This document shows, piece after piece, positions 9,074-18,400 of a DNA stretch of 64,000 nt. The stretch is from an uncultured candidate division WWE3 bacterium (GTDB taxonomy: Bacteria > Patescibacteriota > WWE3 > UBA101185 > UBA10185), in the NCBI GenBank assembly GCA_938004185.1, contig CALKWN010000065.1:90371-154370 (forward strand), read 5' to 3'. The notes below the pieces were generated by a model, which was not told the origin of the DNA, did no database searches, and saw nothing but the letters and a program-made list of their open reading frames with translations. The translations under genes and the position numbers were made by a program. Position 1 is the stretch's first letter. Each line of letters begins with the position of its first letter.

Positions 9074-9996
9074 ACGAAGAAAGTATAGAAAATAAAATTA
9101 AAGAACTTAATGTAGGCGCTTTTAAAGATGTGCTTTTCGATTTTCTTTTTCCATTAATCGGGTTGGCTATCACCGTTTTGTTGTTTTTCTTTTACATGAA
9201 ACCGACATACACAAAAATGAAAGAACTTGAAACTGAGCTTTCCACTCAAACAACGGTATTGGAGATTTTAAATACAAAAGTCGCCGCCCTGTCCAAGCTC
9301 ACTGATTTTAATGATGTTTTGAAAGAAAATTCCGAAATGGTTGAAAAGCTTTATGTTTCGGAATCTAATGTTCCTCAGCTTTTAGATCAGATACACCAAA
9401 TATCTACAAATGCCGGAATGATGGTGGATAGAATGAATTACTCTTACTCCGACGCCGGAGCCAAAGATGCCGCGGCTCAAGGTAAATCGGCTGATGCGAC
9501 GGCAGAACTTAGAACAGACGATACAAGCGGAATCGTAAATGTAGCGGCTACCGTTATAGGTACTTACGAGCAACTTCAGGTTTTCATGCAGGAAATTGAG
9601 AAGGCGGCCCGTTTTACTTACGTAACAACATTCAGATTCGGGGCTTCGACTGAAGAAGGTAAAGAAGGACAGTTCAGCGTAAACGTAAATGTCGATTCTC
9701 CTTACATGTATGTTCAATCGGTTGCTGTCACGGACGATCCGATAAAACTTGATATTCAAAATCCTAAATTTGTTGAATTTATAAACAGCATAAAAGAATA
9801 TAAATATTACGATTTCCTAAATCAGCAAATTGTTGCGGAAGAAGTTGAGAGCATTGAAGAGCCTGAAGAGGAAACATTGTTCCCCGCCGCCGGTACTTTA
9901 GAAGAAATTCCCGTTGAACAGCCTGTTGTCGAAGAACAGCCTGTTGCAGAAGGAACTGAAGAACCTGCAGAAGAAGAAACACCGTTCGGATTTTAA
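9070..9996 (+). CDS. PilO-like pilus assembly protein with acidic Glu/Pro-rich C-terminal tail
   Basis: Single TM (FPLIGLAITVLLFFFYM), coiled coil, then the tail EEVESIEEPEEETLFP...EQPVVEEQPVAEGTEEPAEEE. Overlaps pilN by 4 nt. Confidence 0.45.
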   Translation: MNEESIENKIKELNVGAFKDVLFDFLFPLIGLAITVLLFFFYMKPTYTKMKELETELSTQTTVLEILNTKVAALSKLTDFNDVLKENSEMVEKLYVSESNVPQLLDQIHQISTNAGMMVDRMNYSYSDAGAKDAAAQGKSADATAELRTDDTSGIVNVAATVIGTYEQLQVFMQEIEKAARFTYVTTFRFGASTEEGKEGQFSVNVNVDSPYMYVQSVAVTDDPIKLDIQNPKFVEFINSIKEYKYYDFLNQQIVAEEVESIEEPEEETLFPAAGTLEEIPVEQPVVEEQPVAEGTEEPAEEETPFGF

Positions 9997-10024
9997 TCGC
10001 AGTTATCAGTCGGTCTTAAATTGC

Positions 10025-10708
10025 TCAATCCCCCAAATTTTTCAGAGGTTTAGAATTTTCTTTTTTCCACTTTTCTATTTCGGCGTGATTGCCTGATAAT
10101 AAAACTTCAGGAACTTTTAATCCTTTAAAGTTTTCGGGTCTTGTGTATTGCGGGTATTCTAACAAGCCTTCGGAGAAAGATTCATTTACTACGGCGTCAT
10201 CTTTTTCAATTACATTCGGTAGCAACCTTGTAATGCTCTCCATAATTACCAGAGCCGGTACTTCCCCTCCCGACAGTACGTAATCACCTATGCTTATTAC
10301 ATCGGTAACATAATTTTCTTCAATTCTTGCATCCACGCCCTCGTAGCGTCCGCAAATAAGAGTAATTTCCTGTTCTTTAGCGAGTTCTTCGGCTAGCGCC
10401 TGGGTGTATTTTTGGCCCCTGGGCGATAAAAGCACTACCCTCTTCTTTCCCGAAGTTACCGCATCTTCCGGAGATTCCCCGTGAATATCGTTTAAAGCTT
10501 TATAAATAGGTTCGGGCATTAAAATCATTCCCGTACCTCCCCCATATGGGCGGTCATCAACAGTGCCCCTGGAATCAATGGCGTAGTCGCGGAGATTCCA
10601 CAGACGATAAGAAGCCGCTTCTTTTTCAACAGCTCTTTTAAAAGGTAAAAATTCAATATGTGGTTGTATGAGTTCCGGAAATAAGGTAAGGATGTTAAAT
10701 CTCATCAT
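10025..10708 (-). CDS. trmD: tRNA (guanine37-N1)-methyltransferase TrmD
   Basis: MRFNILTLFPE...DDRPYGGGTGM matches TrmD (SPOUT fold) signatures. Confidence 0.85.
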   Translation of the reverse strand: MMRFNILTLFPELIQPHIEFLPFKRAVEKEAASYRLWNLRDYAIDSRGTVDDRPYGGGTGMILMPEPIYKALNDIHGESPEDAVTSGKKRVVLLSPRGQKYTQALAEELAKEQEITLICGRYEGVDARIEENYVTDVISIGDYVLSGGEVPALVIMESITRLLPNVIEKDDAVVNESFSEGLLEYPQYTRPENFKGLKVPEVLLSGNHAEIEKWKKENSKPLKNLGD

Positions 10709-10937
10709 CTTCTTTTATGTTAACACTTATTCTTATGTCGTCTCTTATAGCCTTGGCTTTAGCCATATTTCTTATGCTTTTAATATTTCTGCCTTCTTTG
10801 CCTATTAAAGTTCCCATGTCTTCTTTTGCAGCAATAATCGTATAAATGAAAGTTCCGTTTTCCTCAACCTCTTCCACTTCAACGGCGTCGGGTTGGGAAA
10901 CAATTTGCTGGACAATGTATTTTATAAAATCTTTCAT
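10695..10937 (-). CDS. KH-domain RNA-binding protein (YlqC/UPF0109-like)
   Basis: LIGKEGRNIKSIR is a GXXG KH motif. Position between rpsP and trmD is conserved. Confidence 0.7.
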   Translation of the reverse strand: MKDFIKYIVQQIVSQPDAVEVEEVEENGTFIYTIIAAKEDMGTLIGKEGRNIKSIRNMAKAKAIRDDIRISVNIKEDDEI

Positions 10938-10940
10938 ACT

Positions 10941-11312
10941 TTATTCTTGGGGTTCTGCTGTAGTTTCTTCTGCGGTTTCTTCCACAGGAGCTTCTTCGAC
11001 CGGGCTTTCAGAAACTGTACTTTCGGCAGCTTTTTCCTCAGTCCCTTTATCTTTGTTAGGGCTGTACTTAACATATTCGTAGTTACCGTCAATAAGTTTT
11101 TTCACGGCTTCAGAAACGATAGCACCTTTTGAAACCCAATCCATGTATTTTTTCTTGTCGTAATCAAATGAAACAGGTGTATTAGACGGATTAAAGTGCC
11201 CGATTATATCCAACACTTTGCCGTCTCTTTTGGTTCTGGTTTGAGTAGCTACCAGCCTATAAGAAGGTAAGTTTTTTCTTCCTGTTCTTGATAATCTAAT
11301 TGATACCGACAT
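10941..11312 (-). CDS. rpsP: 30S ribosomal protein S16 with acidic C-terminal extension
   Basis: MSVSIRLSRTGRKNLPSYRLVATQTRTKRDGKVLDIIGHFNP. Confidence 0.9.
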   Translation of the reverse strand: MSVSIRLSRTGRKNLPSYRLVATQTRTKRDGKVLDIIGHFNPSNTPVSFDYDKKKYMDWVSKGAIVSEAVKKLIDGNYEYVKYSPNKDKGTEEKAAESTVSESPVEEAPVEETAEETTAEPQE

Positions 11313-11347
11313 AACTGGTTGATTTTAGCAGAAGGTGTTGTGGTTGT

Positions 11348-12067
11348 CTATATTTCCGCCACTTCTTCCGAATTGCCTTTTTCCAATCTTTTTAAACCAT
11401 TTTCCGCGGCCGACTGCTCGGCTCTCTGTTTACTTTTTCCCTCACCTACTCCCCAATTTTCCTTTCCTACAAAAACGCCCATTTTAAAAGTTTTTTCGTG
11501 GTCAGGTCCCCACGAATCGATGACTTGATAAACGGGAGTAACGCCGAATTTATCCTGAGCTGCTTCTTGAAACAAAGATTTGGCGTCCTTATAAACATTA
11601 TTTTCAACCATGCCTCTTACTTTGTAGAAAAGCTCTTTTTCGAGGAATTTTCTGCAGGTTTCAAGTCCTCTATCAAGGTAAAGGGCGCCGAGCACAGCCT
11701 CAAATGTGTTAGCTAAAATGTACTCACGGTCTCTGCCTCCGGTAGCTTCTTCTCCGTTGGAAAGCTGGAGAAGGGCTCCGTAACCCATTCTTTTCGCTTC
11801 TTCGGCGAGTGATGTAGTGCAAACGATGGATGATCTATAGTTTGTCAGATCTCCTTCAGGAGCTTCGGTGTATGAATTGTATAGATAATCGCTGGATAAA
11901 AGCTGCAATACAGCGTCACCGAGAAATTCCAACCTTTCGTTGGATTTACCTTCATATTCATGGTGTTCGTTAAGGTAAGATCTGTGTGTAAATGCGGTTT
12001 TGAAAAGTGTTTCATTTCCCAAATCTTCGCCAATTATTTCTTTCGTTTTTTCGAAATCAAATCCCAT
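11348..12067 (-). CDS. rnc: ribonuclease III
   Basis: ERLEFLGDAVLQL RNase III signature, followed by a dsRBD-like C-terminus. Confidence 0.9.
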   Translation of the reverse strand: MGFDFEKTKEIIGEDLGNETLFKTAFTHRSYLNEHHEYEGKSNERLEFLGDAVLQLLSSDYLYNSYTEAPEGDLTNYRSSIVCTTSLAEEAKRMGYGALLQLSNGEEATGGRDREYILANTFEAVLGALYLDRGLETCRKFLEKELFYKVRGMVENNVYKDAKSLFQEAAQDKFGVTPVYQVIDSWGPDHEKTFKMGVFVGKENWGVGEGKSKQRAEQSAAENGLKRLEKGNSEEVAEI

Positions 12068-12140
12068 CTTTTACTTTCCGGTGCCGGTTCCCAACTTTCT
12101 CCGCGACTTATGTCACGGGTAAAATACGGCGCGGCACTAT

Positions 12141-12377
12141 TTAATCAATTTGTTCACTAATAAGGTCAATTATGTCCTGAACGGTTGAAACGTCGTCCTG
12201 TTCAGAAACTAAATCCACCTTGTATATTTCTTCAAGCTCCGAGAGTATTTCAAGAAGCTCCATTTCTCCGACATTTAAGTCGTCTTCAAAAAAAGAGTTT
12301 TCATGTATATCCGAAGGAGACACTCCTGCTTTTTCTTCAACTACCTTTTTAATTTTGTTTAAGTATTCGCTAGACAT
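12141..12377 (-). CDS. acyl carrier protein-like small acidic protein lacking the phosphopantetheine-attachment Ser
   Basis: 78 aa, ACP-like helical pattern. DLNVGEMELLEILSELEE aligns to DLGADSLDTVELVMALEE with Ser replaced by Glu. Confidence 0.4.
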   Translation of the reverse strand: MSSEYLNKIKKVVEEKAGVSPSDIHENSFFEDDLNVGEMELLEILSELEEIYKVDLVSEQDDVSTVQDIIDLISEQID

Positions 12378-12808
12378 TATTTTTTCTCCAAATGGTTGCT
12401 AATTACAGTACCCAGAACCCCGTTTACGAACTTATGGGAAGTGTCGTTTCCGAATTCTTTTGCAAGTTCCACGGCTTCATCAACGGCAACTTTAACCGGA
12501 GTCTTTTTTCCGAACAAAAGCTCAAATACCGAGATTCTTAATATTACTAAATCAACTTTGGCTATTTTGTCAATAGGCCATTCCGGCGCACTTTCCTCGA
12601 TTATTTTGTCAATTTCTTTTATGTGTTCTCGCACGCCCTCGAAAATGTATTCCGTAAGTTCGGTGTCCTGTTCGCCTATCGGTTCTTCCAGTAAATCTCC
12701 GGCCATCGAAATCGAGTCATTTTTATCAGCTTCGTTAAAAAGCCAACAAAAAATAGAGGCCAAAGCTAGTTTTCTGGAAGTGTGCCTGGGGTCAGCAAGA
12801 GATTTCAT
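12377..12808 (-). CDS. nusB: transcription antitermination factor NusB
   Basis: N-terminus PRHTSRKLALASIF and an overall NusB-like helical pattern. 143 aa. Confidence 0.65.
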   Translation of the reverse strand: MKSLADPRHTSRKLALASIFCWLFNEADKNDSISMAGDLLEEPIGEQDTELTEYIFEGVREHIKEIDKIIEESAPEWPIDKIAKVDLVILRISVFELLFGKKTPVKVAVDEAVELAKEFGNDTSHKFVNGVLGTVISNHLEKK

Positions 12809-12844
12809 TTCACAATTATAACCGAATTAAAGCTCTATGTATTC

Positions 12845-12973
12845 TTCAACATGAGGCCTTTTGTAGGCTTTTTTGTCCGAAGTCTTTACAACATGCACAC
12901 GCTCCCTTTTATAGTGAGCGTTTCTCTTTTTTCTTGTTCTCGATAACGAGTGTTTTCTTTTTGGTACTGCCAT
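12845..12973 (-). CDS. rpmF: 50S ribosomal protein L32 (short ORF missed by the ORF track)
   Basis: Minus-strand translation from the ATG at 12973 gives MAVPKRKHSLSRTRKKRNAHYKRE..., the canonical L32 N-terminus. It is 42 aa with a CxC/C-containing tail. Confidence 0.65.
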
Positions 12974-13165
12974 ACAGAGTGAAATATAAAGGTAAAGGGC
13001 GCCGGTGTCAAATACCGGTTTTTATGTAGGTTTGTAGTAACGGGCGCGTATCTACCGCCCCATATTGCCCCGGAAAAGTTTTGAGCCGCTAATATAAACT
13101 TTGTGGGTTTAATATTAACGGCTCGGTTTAGTCTTGATTATCGACGTTGCAGGAAAATTGTTCCT

Positions 13166-13504
13166 TTAATCGTATCTAAACAGGTGTCTAAATGATATTC
13201 GGCTTTCAGGTGTCGTGTTTCTGTTTCGATGGATCTCAGCGTTTTGAACCGCAGGATAGGCTTCATTTAACCACCAAAGACGTATGGTTTGGAAGCAATC
13301 GGTTCCGTGTTGGCTGAAAAACCACTCCAACTTATCGAAGGAGTCCCTGGAAAGCCGGGATTTGATTTTCAGACTATCGACCTTTTTTCCGTTTTTAATA
13401 ACGGTTGCGACAGCTTTTATGTCTCCGTTGAATGGTGCTATCTCAACGTGAACCTCGGCAGAACAGTTTTCCTTGTTTCCCTTAAAAATCTTTTCTATTA
13501 GCAT
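13166..13504 (-). CDS. hypothetical protein (position corresponds to yceD/DUF177 upstream of rpmF, but no motif support)
   Basis: 112-aa ORF immediately upstream of rpmF. Confidence 0.3.
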   Translation of the reverse strand: MLIEKIFKGNKENCSAEVHVEIAPFNGDIKAVATVIKNGKKVDSLKIKSRLSRDSFDKLEWFFSQHGTDCFQTIRLWWLNEAYPAVQNAEIHRNRNTTPESRISFRHLFRYD

Positions 13505-13595
13505 CAGTACATCTCCTTTTTTGTTTTATTGGTTTATTAAGTTTTCAAGACTATGGGGGAATTTTACTACAACACCCAAAAATGGGCAAGTGGCT

Positions 13596-14144
13596 CTATG
13601 ATAACTTTATTATAGAAAAGGTACTCTGTCCGAATGTCCTACTATCGGTTATCTTCATTCCGGCTTTTTCGGCCATTTCTTCGACATTTTCATCGGTAGA
13701 ATGAAAGTAAAACAGAATACCGTCGTCCTTTAAAATACCTCTTATAAGGTTAAGTAGATGTTGCTGGGCGGTGTCATTATAAAAAGGATCCATGAATACA
13801 AAATCATATGATCTGCCTGTCGAAGCGGCAAATTTTACTGCATTCTTAAGGTAAACCGCACTTTTTTCAGTAAAACCGCACTTTTCAAGGTTATTTTTTA
13901 TAACATCAACACTTTTGCTTTCTCCATCAACAAAATCGCAGTAAGAGGCACCCCGTGACAGTGCTTCGATTCCTAAATTTCCGCTGCCGGCAAAAAGGTC
14001 TAAGCACAAAGAATCCTTAATTTTATCGCCAATTATTGAAAAAACGGCTGATTTTGCAATTTCCTGAACTGCCCTATAACCCGGAATATCCGGCGCCTCG
14101 AGTTTTTTATTTTTTGCTGTTCCTGTAGTTACTCTTAGTTGCAT
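13596..14144 (-). CDS. rsmD: 16S rRNA (guanine966-N2)-methyltransferase RsmD family
   Basis: DLFAGSGNLGIEALSRGA SAM-binding motif and a DPFY-like (MDPFY) motif. Confidence 0.8.
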   Translation of the reverse strand: MQLRVTTGTAKNKKLEAPDIPGYRAVQEIAKSAVFSIIGDKIKDSLCLDLFAGSGNLGIEALSRGASYCDFVDGESKSVDVIKNNLEKCGFTEKSAVYLKNAVKFAASTGRSYDFVFMDPFYNDTAQQHLLNLIRGILKDDGILFYFHSTDENVEEMAEKAGMKITDSRTFGQSTFSIIKLS

Positions 14145-14146
14145 AT

Positions 14147-16156
14147 TTAATTATTGGGAACGAATTCCCCCGCTTCTTCGGCTAGCCTTTCTTTTAAAAG
14201 CGGGTAGTGGTCAAGAAAGGGGTAAATTTCCTGGGCTTCCTCTTTGGCCTCCTCTAACATTCTAACATTGAATACGTCTGCGACCTTGAACTTTTTAAAA
14301 CCATGCTGAAGAGAGCCGAATATATCTCCCTGCCCCCTTACTCGCATGTCAATTTCTGCTAGTTCTGTTCCGTTGTCGATTTTTTCAAGATTTTTTAATC
14401 TCGCATAGGCGTTTCTTGACGATGTGCCTAAAAATGCCAGGCAGAAGCCCTCTTTTTCGCCTCTACCGACCCTTCCCCGCAATTGGTGTAAACTTGCCAG
14501 CCCGTACCTTTCGGCGCTCTCTATAACCATTACGGAGGCTTCAGGTACATCTATTCCCACTTCTATAACAGGGGTAGACACTAAGACCTTAATTTCGCCT
14601 TTTCTGAATTTTTCGACCACACTCTCTTTCTCGGCCGATTTCATCCTACCGTGTAGCAGGCCCATCGAAAACCCATTAAAATAGGTTTTTTTAAGCTCCT
14701 CATATTCGGCTTCGGCGGCCTTAACATTTTCAAAAATTTGATTTTCACTGGTTTCTATTAAAGGGCAGACTATAAAAGTGGGTTCATTTTTTTGTCTAAT
14801 CCATTTGTATGCTTGATCTCTGGCGTTTTCAGGAATTACTTTGGTTGTAATTTTTCTTTTTTCATTGGGGTGGGTTTTTAATACCGAAATTGAAAGGTCT
14901 CCGTAAATGGTAAGGGCAAGTGTTCTTGGTATCGGTGTTGCGGTCATAGCCAGTAAATGAGGTACGGCGCCTTTTCCGGCTAAATCCAGGATTTTTCCCC
15001 TCTGCTCTACTCCGAACCTGTGTTGCTCGTCTATTACTACAAAACCTATTTTGCTAAATTTTTCTTTGGAATATATAAGAGCGTGTGTTCCTATAAGTAT
15101 GTCGTAGTCATCAGTTTCTGGTTTGTTTGAGCCCGTAATGAGAGAAATTTTTACTCCCGTCGGTTCCAGTAAGGTTTTAAAAGTTTCAAAATGCTGTTTT
15201 GCCAGTATTTCGGTAGGTGCCATATACAGCGACTTGTAACCGTTAAGGTGGGTATTATAAGCGATTATAAGGGCAACGATCGTTTTTCCCGTTCCCACAT
15301 CTCCCTCCAGAAGCCTGTTCATGGGGTGTTTATTTTCGGTGTCTTTTAGGATTTCTTGTACGGCTTTTTGTTGGGAGTCAGTGAGTTTAAACGGCAACGA
15401 CGCTATTAAAGTATTAATTTGAGTATTTTTTATTGCCATTGGAGTACCTTTGAGCGTCCTTGTCCACTGATCGCGTCTTTTTTCTACTTTCAATAGTTCC
15501 AGGAATAATTCTTCGAATTCAAAGCGTTCCCGCGCTTTTTCTGCGTTTATGGGTGTATCGGGAAAGTGAATTTGTTTCACACTCCAATTAAATGTGTTCA
15601 AATTACGTTTTTTTATTGTAATTTCGGGTAAAAATTCGGTAAAGTCATTTTCCCCTAATACGACGTCGTTAATCCTAGCCCGAAGCCACTTGGAAGTTAC
15701 TCCGTAGGTTTCGGGATACACAGGTACCAACCGCCCGGTGTTTATGTTTACTTCCCTACTCTCCTCCAGCTCGGGGCTAATAAAAGCCAGTTTCCTATCA
15801 AATAATCCGGTTTTACCGCTTACAGTATATTCACGGCCTGTTTTTAATGTTGATTTAAGGTAGTGCTGGTTAAAAAAAATTAAATTTATTTCGCCCGTGT
15901 GATCGGCAACTAAAACTTTTGTGAGGCGTTTTCCGTTTTTGGTAAATATGTTAGTGACCGAGCCCAGAACCCCCTTGATAGTCGCTGTTTCATTTTCCAG
16001 CAGTTGAGTAACGGATTTTACATTTGAGTAGTCCTCGTATCTGAAAGGAAAGTGATATAACAAATCACGAACTGTCCTAACCTCTAAATTTTCCAAAAGT
16101 TTTTTATACTTAGGTCCGACTTTTGGTACTACACCTACGGGTGAAGATAGTTTCAT
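14147..16156 (-). CDS. recG: ATP-dependent DNA helicase RecG
   Basis: GDVGTGKT Walker A, DEQHRFGVEQR, and an N-terminal wedge/OB region. 669 aa. Confidence 0.9.
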   Translation of the reverse strand: MKLSSPVGVVPKVGPKYKKLLENLEVRTVRDLLYHFPFRYEDYSNVKSVTQLLENETATIKGVLGSVTNIFTKNGKRLTKVLVADHTGEINLIFFNQHYLKSTLKTGREYTVSGKTGLFDRKLAFISPELEESREVNINTGRLVPVYPETYGVTSKWLRARINDVVLGENDFTEFLPEITIKKRNLNTFNWSVKQIHFPDTPINAEKARERFEFEELFLELLKVEKRRDQWTRTLKGTPMAIKNTQINTLIASLPFKLTDSQQKAVQEILKDTENKHPMNRLLEGDVGTGKTIVALIIAYNTHLNGYKSLYMAPTEILAKQHFETFKTLLEPTGVKISLITGSNKPETDDYDILIGTHALIYSKEKFSKIGFVVIDEQHRFGVEQRGKILDLAGKGAVPHLLAMTATPIPRTLALTIYGDLSISVLKTHPNEKRKITTKVIPENARDQAYKWIRQKNEPTFIVCPLIETSENQIFENVKAAEAEYEELKKTYFNGFSMGLLHGRMKSAEKESVVEKFRKGEIKVLVSTPVIEVGIDVPEASVMVIESAERYGLASLHQLRGRVGRGEKEGFCLAFLGTSSRNAYARLKNLEKIDNGTELAEIDMRVRGQGDIFGSLQHGFKKFKVADVFNVRMLEEAKEEAQEIYPFLDHYPLLKERLAEEAGEFVPNN

Positions 16157-16275
16157 TTTAAAGTATGTAAGGCAGTATAGATGTTGCGATTAGAGCCAGC
16201 CCGCTTATTGCGATGACGGTTCTGTAAATGTTTTCTCTTTTGAAAAGCTTTTTTATTTTTTTCTTTATTTCTTTT

Positions 16276-17496
16276 TTAGTCATTTTTTCCTCCGACTTTA
16301 AAATATTTTCTTTTACCGAATTTTACAAGTGTTCCTTCGGCGAATTCAACTTCTTTTTGGAATTCCGTAATTTTTTGGCCGTTTACTTCTACCCCTCCTT
16401 GTGTGATCACTCTTTTTATTTGGCTCGAAGATTGGGAGTTTTGTAAAGCTTTCTGCAAGAATTCGGCAACTGTCATTTTCCCTGTTATAGCAACATTTTC
16501 GGTGTCTTCGTCTGTAATTTCTTTTTTCTGAACGGTTCTTTCGAAATGTTCCTGTGCTTTTGCTGCTTTTTGAGCGCCTTTTATAACTTTTACAATTTCA
16601 AATGCCATCAGCTTTTTGAATTGCATTGGGTTTTCGCCGGCTTGAATTTGTTTGTTTATTTCCCATATGTCTTCCATAGGGATATCGGTTAGTAAGCGCA
16701 TGCCTTTAGTAATGAGCTCGTCGGGGTAAGACATGGCTTTTCCGTACATTACTTCGGGTGTATCCGAAAGATTTATTCCGTTTCCTTTGGTTTTGCTCAT
16801 TGTAAGGGCGTCGGGTGCTTCCATCATTTCGTTTGCGCGCACGAATTTTTCTTTACCTAGGTATCTTTTTACTAGTTCTCGACCCATCATCATGTTAAAA
16901 ATTTGGTCGGTTCCGCCTATTTCAAGGTCTATGTTCATCGCAACACTATCGAACCCCTGCATTAAAGGGTAAATAAATTCGTGCAGTCCTATGGGGTTGT
17001 TTTGTTTAAGTCTTCTTGCAAAAAGGTCCCTTTCCATCATTTGCTGAACGGTGGCGTTTGACATTAGTTTTATAAGGTCTGCCAGACCGAGTTTTGAAAG
17101 CCACTCATGATTACGCACGAATTGCACGGGGTTTTTTCCTTCAAAATCTATAAGTTGGGCTGCTTGTTCTTTCCAACCTTCCATATTTTTTTGAATTTCT
17201 TCTTCGCTTAGTAAAGGTCGGGTGGTCTCCTTATCAGGGTCTCCGGCTAAAGCAGTAAAATCACCCACTAAAAACATTACCTCATGGCCTAATTCCTGGA
17301 GGATTTTGAGAGCGCGGGCTCCCATTGCGTGGCCGACATGAAGATGCGGCCCCGAAGGGTCGTAGCCTTGGTATGCGCGGATTTTTTCTCCCGACATAAG
17401 TTTCTTTTTAAGCTCTTCTTTTGAAGGATAGATTGAGTCGACACCCCTCTCAAGAAAAGTGTTGATTAGTTTTTCATCTGTGCTGACTTTGGTCAT
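16276..17496 (-). CDS. tyrS: tyrosine--tRNA ligase
   Basis: YQGYDPSGPHLHVGH (HIGH), TMSKTKG (KMSKS-like), and a C-terminal S4-like domain. Confidence 0.85.
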   Translation of the reverse strand: MTKVSTDEKLINTFLERGVDSIYPSKEELKKKLMSGEKIRAYQGYDPSGPHLHVGHAMGARALKILQELGHEVMFLVGDFTALAGDPDKETTRPLLSEEEIQKNMEGWKEQAAQLIDFEGKNPVQFVRNHEWLSKLGLADLIKLMSNATVQQMMERDLFARRLKQNNPIGLHEFIYPLMQGFDSVAMNIDLEIGGTDQIFNMMMGRELVKRYLGKEKFVRANEMMEAPDALTMSKTKGNGINLSDTPEVMYGKAMSYPDELITKGMRLLTDIPMEDIWEINKQIQAGENPMQFKKLMAFEIVKVIKGAQKAAKAQEHFERTVQKKEITDEDTENVAITGKMTVAEFLQKALQNSQSSSQIKRVITQGGVEVNGQKITEFQKEVEFAEGTLVKFGKRKYFKVGGKND

Positions 17497-17613
17497 GTTA
17501 ACAGTATATTATAATTTAGGATTGAAGACTATTATTTAAAGCCGGAAAAGGCCTGAAAAAAATTTGAGCCGCCAATACCCCTGAAAAAGATAAGTATAAG
17601 CGGCTCATAAGAA

Positions 17614-17880
17614 CTAAATCATTCCGATCGGTCTAGCTCTGTAGCAAAAAACATAACCGTCGTTGGATGCTTGCGGTAACGAGGTTATTTGATAGACCCC
17701 ACGGTTGTATATTACATACGATCCTACACCGTAATATCCGTTATTGGACATAAGTTCACTTCTGCTGGCAGGTTCCCCGTCGAAAATAATCGGGTTGCGA
17801 AAACTGCCGGGCGGTGATCTTCGGTCAGGCTTTATTGCAAGTATTTTTCTTGCTTTGGAACAGTTTTTAGAACCGTTCAT
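17614..17880 (-). CDS. hypothetical protein
   Basis: ORF only. Confidence 0.25.
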   Translation of the reverse strand: MNGSKNCSKARKILAIKPDRRSPPGSFRNPIIFDGEPASRSELMSNNGYYGVGSYVIYNRGVYQITSLPQASNDGYVFCYRARPIGMI

Positions 17881-18084
17881 GATTCCCTCCTCTTGTTTGG
17901 ATGAGGGCGGTACAAAAATCAGCTTTCAATGGGTGAGCGAACCGAGTTTCTTTTACGTCGCAGCTCCTCCAGTCTGTCTTTTTCCTGTTTGCAAAGACGG
18001 CAGTCTTTGTCGACTGCTTTTTTCTCCAAATTTGCCAACTCGGCTAACTCTTTCCGTTTCAGCTTCATACCCATTTTGTCTCCT

Positions 18085-18339
18085 CTATTTATTTACAGTT
18101 TTTTGTGATACGACAGTATGAACACAGGGAAATTCTTTCCTCGCGAAATCATACCTAAGATAATCTACCTGTAAAATTTTTTTTGTACCGTCGGGTTCGG
18201 TTATCATTATGCCAACTCTCTTTCCTAACTGCGCGTTTGCACAAAGAAGTGTTTTTTCCGAACCCTCCTCTTGGATCAACTCAGCGTTATCCAACAATTG
18301 CGGAGTTCCTCGATATACGAGGCTTAATCGAACTCTCAT
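18085..18339 (-). CDS. hypothetical protein
   Basis: ORF only. Confidence 0.25.
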   Translation of the reverse strand: MRVRLSLVYRGTPQLLDNAELIQEEGSEKTLLCANAQLGKRVGIMITEPDGTKKILQVDYLRYDFARKEFPCVHTVVSQKTVNK

Positions 18340-18400
18340 TCAGTCTCCTTTCTCTTAGAATTTGCACATATTATAACAAAAACGCCGATTAATCAAATGA

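Noticed and set aside
12974-13165. Hairpin CCGGTGTCAAATACCGG followed by TTTTTA on the plus strand upstream of rpmF
   Set aside because: It looks like a plus-strand terminator, but no plus-strand gene ends there. On the expressed minus strand it is in the rpmF leader without a U-tract. Its function is unclear.
17926-18075. Unlisted 49-aa minus-strand ORF (MGMKLKRKELAELANLEKKAVDKDCRLCKQEKDRLEELRRKRNS...)
   Set aside because: It is a basic coiled-coil peptide with a plausible start but no homology signal and no clear RBS. It cannot be supported beyond being an ORF.
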